Positions 57,452 to 64,000 of a stretch of 64,000 nt of DNA are shown in pieces. Below the pieces are notes generated by a model that made no database searches, had not been told where the DNA came from, and saw only the letters and a program-made list of their open reading frames with translations. A program made the translations under genes and the position numbers. Positions within the stretch are counted from its first letter, which is position 1; every line of letters starts with the position of its first letter. Source of the stretch: Candidatus Hodarchaeota archaeon (lineage in GTDB: Archaea > Asgardarchaeota > Lokiarchaeia > Sigyniarchaeales > SOKP01); assembly GCA_048887225.1 (NCBI GenBank), contig JBHLJY010000014.1, positions 1 to 64,000 on the forward strand. Direction: 5' to 3'.

Positions 57452-58687
57452 TTACCTTCTTATTTGTAATTGTTGTTCTTTGAGATGTAAAGGAATAATC
57501 TTTTTGAATACCATAAGAAATGCCATAAGGGCAATTAAACCCATAACTATACCCCACCAATGAGGTGAATATATTGTTAATAACAAGGCTCCAATTATAG
57601 GTCCCCCTATCATTGCGAAGCTGTCCAAAGTTGTAGTAATTCCATTGATCTTTCCTTGTTCCTTAGGAGTTACTGATTGAGTTATTTTACTGATTAATAA
57701 TCCCCTTGAACATGAAACACCATAACTCACAATTAGCATCAATATGAGAAGCATAAAAACATCCTGCACAAATCCCGCTACAAAAAATGTTAGAACTAAA
57801 ATAAATAGGCCAAGCCTTGTCATATTTTTCTCTCCTAACAATCTTAAAGTTGGTTTAAATAGTGAAAAACGAACAATTGCGCGAAATAAACCCGAAATTG
57901 TCAATAAAAGACCTATCTCAAGAGTACCGAGTCCAAGAATATATCCAATATAAATGACCATTGTGGATATATACATAATGAAAGAAAATGTATGGAATGT
58001 GTATAAAGTTAATAAATATGTAGCGTCTTTATTTTTACGGATTTTCACTTTTGTTTTAATTACCTTCTCCATTTTCATCCGTCGATCTTTAGGCCAAGAT
58101 TCCCTTACAAAAAATATTGTGATTAAAAGAGATGTAAATGAAAGCCCAGCAGCAGCTAATCCTACGGTTGCCACAGGATATTCTGAGCCCAATATTCGAA
58201 TTAATGATAAGATCCCACCTAATCCAGGACCGACAAGGCCAGCAAGCACATGTGCAACGCCTATATTAGTCATCTGAAGGCTTCTATCTTTTGGTGGTAC
58301 TTGATCACTTATGATCGCTTTCACCATTGGAAAATTTCCTCCGAATATTCCATCAACCATTCGAGCAAGAAAAAGCATTTCGATTGAATCCGTGAAAGCT
58401 AACATCAAAAATGCTGAGAATGTACCGAGCTGTGAAATTATTAATATAGGCTTTCTTCCGAATCTATCACTCAATCTACCCCATATTGGAGCGGAAACTA
58501 GAGTAAACATCGCATTTGTAGCAAGTACTAACCCAATTACTAAAGGTGTCGTTTCAAAAACTACTATAAATGTGGCCAAAAATGGAATGATAACATAAAA
58601 TCCTAAAATATCAACAAATAATCCTATCCATAATGGCATTAATTCTGGATATTTTACTTTCTTTACATTTGTAAACTCTTCACTCAT
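57452..58687 (-). CDS. MFS transporter (TetA/DHA1-like)
   Basis: WGRLSDRFGRKP motif A; about 12 TM. Confidence 0.93.
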   Translation of the reverse strand: MSEEFTNVKKVKYPELMPLWIGLFVDILGFYVIIPFLATFIVVFETTPLVIGLVLATNAMFTLVSAPIWGRLSDRFGRKPILIISQLGTFSAFLMLAFTDSIEMLFLARMVDGIFGGNFPMVKAIISDQVPPKDRSLQMTNIGVAHVLAGLVGPGLGGILSLIRILGSEYPVATVGLAAAGLSFTSLLITIFFVRESWPKDRRMKMEKVIKTKVKIRKNKDATYLLTLYTFHTFSFIMYISTMVIYIGYILGLGTLEIGLLLTISGLFRAIVRFSLFKPTLRLLGEKNMTRLGLFILVLTFFVAGFVQDVFMLLILMLIVSYGVSCSRGLLISKITQSVTPKEQGKINGITTTLDSFAMIGGPIIGALLLTIYSPHWWGIVMGLIALMAFLMVFKKIIPLHLKEQQLQIRR

Positions 58688-58735
58688 AATATAACTTTAA
58701 TCCTTTTAGGTGTTTTAAATTTATGATTTTAATTT

Positions 58736-59572
58736 TTAACTTTTAAGAAAATCTAAAATTAGTTGATTAACTTCGGGAGCTCTTGATAAAGTACAAAAGT
58801 GTCCCGCTTGTTGAATCACTTTCAATGTACTATTTGGAATTCTTTTGTGCATTTCTTCCATAGATAATAATGGCGTCATTCTATCGTGAGATGCGGCTAT
58901 TATTAAAGTTTTATTATTAATTTCACTCAACTTATCTAGTACATTATGCTTCTTAATAGCGTTTCCTTGATTTATAATATCTTGAGGATTTGATGGGTTT
59001 ATTATACTTTCATTTATTAAATCTTCTGCGGACCAAATACCATAGAATTTCTTTTTAGGATTAGATTCCATTTCCTTTCTAAATTTTTGATGGAATACAA
59101 TACGAGCGAATTGCCAAAAATATTTTTCAGGATCTTTTTTAAGAGTCTTAATTTGTTCAATCCGTCCTTTTATCAGTAACTCCACTCCTTTTTCATCAGG
59201 GAATCCAGGAGTAGTAGTTATTAATATTATTTTATCAACGCTTTTTGGATATTTTAATACTAAATGTTGGGCTATCATACCACCCATAGACCTCCCAGCT
59301 ATATGTGCCTTTTTGATGTTAAGAAAATCCATTAATCCTTTAACATCATCAGCAAATAAATCCATCGTATATAGCATATTTGGGCGATCAGACTTGCCAG
59401 TACCACGAAGATCTAAAATTATAACTTTAAACTTTTCCGATAAAGCCCCAATTTGAGCTATCCACGTTTCCTTTTTCGCGCCATAACCATGAATAAAAAT
59501 GATAGGATATCCTTTACCGTGAATTTCATAGCAAATTTTTATATTATTAATATCAGCATATTGTTCTGTCAT
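58736..59572 (-). CDS. Alpha/beta hydrolase
   Basis: HG, DLRGTGKS, GRSMGG nucleophile, D and GH triad positions. Confidence 0.93.
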   Translation of the reverse strand: MTEQYADINNIKICYEIHGKGYPIIFIHGYGAKKETWIAQIGALSEKFKVIILDLRGTGKSDRPNMLYTMDLFADDVKGLMDFLNIKKAHIAGRSMGGMIAQHLVLKYPKSVDKIILITTTPGFPDEKGVELLIKGRIEQIKTLKKDPEKYFWQFARIVFHQKFRKEMESNPKKKFYGIWSAEDLINESIINPSNPQDIINQGNAIKKHNVLDKLSEINNKTLIIAASHDRMTPLLSMEEMHKRIPNSTLKVIQQAGHFCTLSRAPEVNQLILDFLKS

Positions 59573-59598
59573 TATATTTCAAAAACATTTAATAATCA

Positions 59599-60648
59599 TC
59601 AAGTTATACTTATTTGAAAACCACAATATTTACAATTACCATTAGAATCTAAGTTTAGCTCATTTATCCCAAAAGCCAATCTATTAATCACTGTTTTTGA
59701 GCATTTGGGGCATATTGTATTTTCATATTCAGTATTAGGTAAGTTTCCAAGGTATACATATTTTAAACCAACATTTTTTGCAATTTTATATGCTGTTTTT
59801 AAGCTTTTTATTGAAGTAGAATTATGAATTCCATGCTCATAAGATTTATAATGCGGAAAAAAACGGCTAATATGAAAAGGCGTAAATTCTCCTAAATCGC
59901 TTAATATTCTTTCGGCAATTTCTTTTACAGTCCCTTCATCAGAATTTAAATTTTCAATTAATAAAGTTGTAATCTCCACATGAATTCCCAAATTCTTAGC
60001 TAATTTTGCGTTGTGCCATACTTTTTCAACATTCGCACCGCAATATTTTAGTACCATTTCAGCCTCACCTTTTATATCGATATTTATTGCATCAAGACCA
60101 GCTTCTGCCAAATCCCTAAGAACATCTTCCGTCATATACCCGTTCGACACATATGTATTATATAAACCTTCTTTTTTGGCTAATTTAAAGACCTCAAGAG
60201 AATATTCAAATAATAGAGTTGGCTCGTTAAAAGAAATCGATGTTCCTCTGCAATTTTTTTTTTTAGCAATCTCTATCAACTTCTCTGGTGATAGATATTC
60301 CCTTTCCATCTTAACCTTTTCTAAGACGGGATTTTTTGGATGAGAAATGTGGTGATTTTGGCACCAGAAACAACTGAAATTGCATCCATAAGTTCCTATT
60401 GTTAAGGCAAATGTTCCAGGATAAAAATGAAATAACGGCTTTTTCTCAATGGGATTAAAAGACAAAGCAGGAATACAACCAAAAACTATCGTGAAAATTT
60501 CGCCATCTTGATTTATTCGAGTCTGGCAAAAACCGGAATTTCCTAACGAAATTTTACACTTCCTCTCACAGTTTAAGCATTGAGAGACGTTATTATTAAT
60601 TTTTTTTTGATATTTTGATCTATTAATAAAATTCGGATTAATATCCAT
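59599..60648 (-). CDS. amrS: AmmeMemoRadiSam system radical SAM enzyme
   Basis: C..C.R.C.I..G..GFC..R, PIEKKPLFHFYPG, GCNFSCFWCQN, HISRFFP, YVYLGN. Confidence 0.93.
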   Translation of the reverse strand: MDINPNFINRSKYQKKINNNVSQCLNCERKCKISLGNSGFCQTRINQDGEIFTIVFGCIPALSFNPIEKKPLFHFYPGTFALTIGTYGCNFSCFWCQNHHISHPKNPVLEKVKMEREYLSPEKLIEIAKKKNCRGTSISFNEPTLLFEYSLEVFKLAKKEGLYNTYVSNGYMTEDVLRDLAEAGLDAINIDIKGEAEMVLKYCGANVEKVWHNAKLAKNLGIHVEITTLLIENLNSDEGTVKEIAERILSDLGEFTPFHISRFFPHYKSYEHGIHNSTSIKSLKTAYKIAKNVGLKYVYLGNLPNTEYENTICPKCSKTVINRLAFGINELNLDSNGNCKYCGFQISIT

Positions 60649-60879
60649 CTAAACTTCCTTAAGAACAATCATTTCATTTGGTAGATGTTTTTTTAATAAA
60701 TCACTTACACTAATCTCATCTGATATTGGTAGGCCTCTTATCATAAATTGCGATTTTTTTAAAGTATCTACCTTCCAATCAAACTCACTCATAAGATAAG
60801 GTCTTAATTCACCAAATGTTATATCTTGGCTTAACATAAAATCTTCTAAAAGTTTTTCGATATCTGCTATGTTCACCAT
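60649..60879 (-). CDS. Small protein, probable ubiquitin-like (beta-grasp) fold without C-terminal GG
   Basis: 76 aa; hydrophobic pattern aligns with ubiquitin (DITFGELR, QFMIRG.PI.D..SVSD). Confidence 0.55.
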   Translation of the reverse strand: MVNIADIEKLLEDFMLSQDITFGELRPYLMSEFDWKVDTLKKSQFMIRGLPISDEISVSDLLKKHLPNEMIVLKEV

Positions 60880-60989
60880 GTCCTAAATCCACTCAAAGAA
60901 TTCCTATTTTTTCAGATTTATTAATATATAATTTAGATTTAAATTTTAAAATTTATGAATTTTTAATTGTTCTCTCTTTAATTCTTTGA

Positions 60990-62360
60990 TTAACGAGTTT
61001 TCATAATTGGCATTAAAATACGGAATTGTTTTGCGTAGAATTTCCTAATTAAGGGGATGTCAAATAATAATCGAATTACTTTCAATAATCTAAATTTCCT
61101 TGGTTCGAAAGTACTTCTATTTTTATTGTATGTTAACCTCTTTATAAAAAAATTCTTTTGAAATGTAGAAATCATTAATTGATATGTTATTATAGCAATT
61201 ATATCCCATGCACGTTTAACATGATCATTAGGATAATTAATTTTTTCACCCATTGCCATTCTTACAACTTCAATAATATGATAGATGTCAATTTTACTTT
61301 CTAAAAGTTCCCGAGTTGCCCATAATAGATAAACACATCCGCTGCAGTAAGAAATCAACGCATTTGCTTTCGTATCCTCCGCTTCTTTAAATTTTTTTAC
61401 TCCTTCTGAAATTATATCAAAAGGTATCGAAATATTCTTAGTCCAAGATGCCCCAGCTCCAAAACCACAGCACAATGAATCTTTTTTAATATGCCTCATT
61501 TCTTTAATATCGCAGCCGCATTTCTTAAGAATTTCTCTTGGGTTCTCCCAAAATTTGCTACCTAAAATCTTTGAATAACAATTATCATGAATTGTAACAG
61601 TGATATTTAGAGGAGCATTAGGTAATTTTATTTCTCCTGCATTAATTTTTTTTAAAAGCCATTCATGAAAATTAGTAAAATTCTGTTTATGCTTAACTCC
61701 CATTTCATTATGGTGTATTTCAGAAAAATGAATTTGAACTGCATCTGTAGAAACAACAACATCTCTAACACCCCATGCGTTAAAATCCCTTTTCGCTCTC
61801 TGAGCAATTCTCTGAACGAGATCCAGATATCCTCCTTGATATAAATAGGCTCCTCCTTCCCATTGATCAATTCGGTCTATAGGCTTAAAAGAATCTAATA
61901 ACTTACTTCCTCCGATTATAAATGGAAATAGATGCATATAGTTGCCAATTAAAAATACAATATCCTCTTTTTTAGGAAGATAATTCATCCATTTATGGAT
62001 CCAAATTCGTTCTTGATTGGAAAGAAAAACATTAAGAAGTTGCCAAATATTAGGTTCTTCTGTTGGACAAACAAATCGATATAATGGTGGAGCGCCTCTT
62101 TTTTTATATAATTCATTCCATCTTTCTAGAATTAGCTGATAAGGATGTGCTTGTTGAGGACAATATAAATTACAAGAAAAACAGGTATTGCAACGAGAAA
62201 GAACATATTCTGATTTTTTTCCTTCAATTAAATTCTGAAATTCATCTTTTGCCTCATCAATAGGTAAATGCAACACTGGACATAATTTAAGGCACAAACC
62301 ACATAGATCGCATAAATCCTTTTTAAATGCTGGAACCCTTTTAATTTTATTTACATTCAA
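60990..62360 (-). CDS. HdrD/GlpC-like Fe-S oxidoreductase (2x[4Fe-4S] + CCG domain)
   Basis: CDLCGLCLKLCP, CNTCFSCNLYCP, HDNC, CCGFG, CSGC. Confidence 0.9.
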   Translation of the reverse strand: MNVNKIKRVPAFKKDLCDLCGLCLKLCPVLHLPIDEAKDEFQNLIEGKKSEYVLSRCNTCFSCNLYCPQQAHPYQLILERWNELYKKRGAPPLYRFVCPTEEPNIWQLLNVFLSNQERIWIHKWMNYLPKKEDIVFLIGNYMHLFPFIIGGSKLLDSFKPIDRIDQWEGGAYLYQGGYLDLVQRIAQRAKRDFNAWGVRDVVVSTDAVQIHFSEIHHNEMGVKHKQNFTNFHEWLLKKINAGEIKLPNAPLNITVTIHDNCYSKILGSKFWENPREILKKCGCDIKEMRHIKKDSLCCGFGAGASWTKNISIPFDIISEGVKKFKEAEDTKANALISYCSGCVYLLWATRELLESKIDIYHIIEVVRMAMGEKINYPNDHVKRAWDIIAIITYQLMISTFQKNFFIKRLTYNKNRSTFEPRKFRLLKVIRLLFDIPLIRKFYAKQFRILMPIMKTR

Positions 62361-62396
62361 TTACTAAACACTTGAGTTTGAGTATTTTTGATATGT

Positions 62397-63227
62397 CTAA
62401 ATTACTGCGACCATTTGGAGCGTTATTAGGCATATAAAATATATTAACAAAAAATTTCCTACTAGAATTCCTATATCTTTTACGCCTTGAGTGGATTTGG
62501 TCGGGCGTCTGAAAGTATACATGGTACCTATTGGCAGAAATATAAATGGGAAAAAATAAAATTGTTCTAAAATTATAAAAGCCCATATTCCTAATATCAG
62601 TGAAATTATTGAAGAAATCCAAATGATTATCTGGCATTGTCGTAAACTGAAATGTTTTGTTAATGAATCAGAATCTATTACTTCATGTACAAACTGTCCA
62701 GTCAGAGCAAAGGCATAAAATGCTATTAATAAGGGTAATTCTGATTTAACATCTATTAATGGTAAACCAGCGTCAATTTTTATCATAAGATATGGGAGAA
62801 GCATGTGAGATGCCCCTAACAATATATGATTTAAGAAAGGTATAGGTTTTAACCACACACAATATAAAAGAACCATGAAAATTATTACTACTAACAAAAT
62901 TGCGTTCAATAAATGCTGAATACATGTCCGAAGTAGCAAAGTTATACCTAAGGTAAAGCTTACAAATCCTATTGTAAATATTTCTTTCCAATGATATCCT
63001 TCAACTCTTTTTAAAGTTTCGGTCTCACTTGGGTCTCTCATATCAATAACATCATTCCACGTGTTTCCCGTTATTGCCAAAAACAGAAATCCAATGAGGA
63101 TATCAATATGATTGAATGGATTTAAACGGTTAAGATAAATAGCCATTAACATAGGGATTATCACACTAAAAGTATAGTCAAGTCTTAATAATCCAAATCT
63201 GCTTCCCATGATTTCATTTCCTAGCAA
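62397..63227 (-). CDS. UbiA-family prenyltransferase
   Basis: NTWNDVID Asp-rich motif, HEVID.D; multiple TM. Confidence 0.8.
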   Translation of the reverse strand: MLGNEIMGSRFGLLRLDYTFSVIIPMLMAIYLNRLNPFNHIDILIGFLFLAITGNTWNDVIDMRDPSETETLKRVEGYHWKEIFTIGFVSFTLGITLLLRTCIQHLLNAILLVVIIFMVLLYCVWLKPIPFLNHILLGASHMLLPYLMIKIDAGLPLIDVKSELPLLIAFYAFALTGQFVHEVIDSDSLTKHFSLRQCQIIIWISSIISLILGIWAFIILEQFYFFPFIFLPIGTMYTFRRPTKSTQGVKDIGILVGNFLLIYFICLITLQMVAVI

Positions 63228-63308
63228 AAATTTTATTGTAATTAAAATAAAGGGAGTTTTTATTTTAATTTATTTGAGGTGAAGCTGATAATTAAAAATA
63301 AAAATAAA

Positions 63309-64000
63309 TTATTGAATTTTGCTTAAATCAATTCCTTTTGTTTCTTTTATATATAAATAGATTAGCGGAACATCGATTAATAGAAATAAACTATATAATA
63401 TAAAAGCAAATCCTAATCCGTAGTAAAAAATGATAATACTGCTTAAGAGTAGCCCCCCTGTAATACCAATGGCAGCAATTAAAGATTTTAAACCGTTTCC
63501 CGTCCCTCTTGCCTCTGTAGGAATTATTTCCAAAGTAACTATACTTATAACTATCCTTAATCCCCAATAAGCTAAACTTCCTAAGCCAGCTCCTATACAA
63601 ACGTAAAGTAGAGCTCCTTCAGTCACATAACTTCCTAAAACTGCAATTAAAATCGATATGGGTAAAAGAATTGAATAAATATATAAGAATGGTTTTCTTC
63701 CTAATTTATCAGCAAATATACCCGTAATAAGATAGCCAGCTATGGCAGCTAAGCTCATAACTAAAACAATTATATTAATATCATTTTGAGTTAAATTCGG
63801 GCTACTTGAAACAAAAGATTCTCCCAAAGCGATAAATATATAATTCAAACCTCCAATAAAACTCATAATTAATATAATAATGAATTCTTTGCGACGAGAG
63901 CTTTTAAAAAGAGACCTCATATTATCTTTAAATAAATTTGGCGTCTTTTTTTCTTTTAATTTGCCCTCTTTAATTTGTTCATACTTTGAAGTTTCTTTAA
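63309..64000 (-). CDS. MFS transporter (5'-partial, runs off the window)
   Basis: ADKLGRKP, E..PTEARGTG, ETKG; frame stays open from 63920 to the window edge (KETSKYEQIK...). Confidence 0.88.
   Translation of the reverse strand, partial: KETSKYEQIKEGKLKEKKTPNLFKDNMRSLFKSSRRKEFIIILIMSFIGGLNYIFIALGESFVSSSPNLTQNDINIIVLVMSLAAIAGYLITGIFADKLGRKPFLYIYSILLPISILIAVLGSYVTEGALLYVCIGAGLGSLAYWGLRIVISIVTLEIIPTEARGTGNGLKSLIAAIGITGGLLLSSIIIFYYGLGFAFILYSLFLLIDVPLIYLYIKETKGIDLSKIQ

Noticed and set aside
2048-63600. Numerous short antisense or overlapping ORFs in the track (e.g. 2048-2362, 25225-25644, 57744-58598, 56022-56453)
   Set aside because: They shadow well-supported genes on the opposite strand or another frame and have no motifs.

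Overview
AT-rich, gene-dense archaeal chromosome segment. Gene content points to an Asgard archaeon of the Lokiarchaeia/Promethearchaeia type: an ESCRT cluster (Vps22/36-like, Vps25-like, Vps4, ESCRT-III), eS1/uS15, archaeal SRP RNA, BHB-intron tRNAs and Loki-type C-terminally anchored surface proteins. It holds about 60 CDS covering housekeeping, carbohydrate, corrinoid-methyltransferase, nickel-pincer (larB, larC, nikR) and redox functions. It also has three RNA genes absent from the ORF track: SRP RNA, tRNA-Gly(GCC) with two non-canonical introns, and tRNA-Val(GAC) with an intron at 9/10. I saw no mobile element or CRISPR array. The strongest novel signal is a small single-pass membrane ORF (29931) whose UGA lies in a GGG-UGA-GC context and is followed by a eukaryote-type SECIS-like hairpin, which makes it a candidate new Asgard selenoprotein. 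Other leads are an acceptor-stem decoy upstream of the 9/10-intron tRNA, an MIT-TPR protein near the ESCRT locus, an SRP RNA with an atypical Alu domain, a short histone with an H4-like KGGAK tail, a GG-less ubiquitin-like protein, and longin- and DENN-like candidates. All family calls come from motif recognition by eye; no searches were run.
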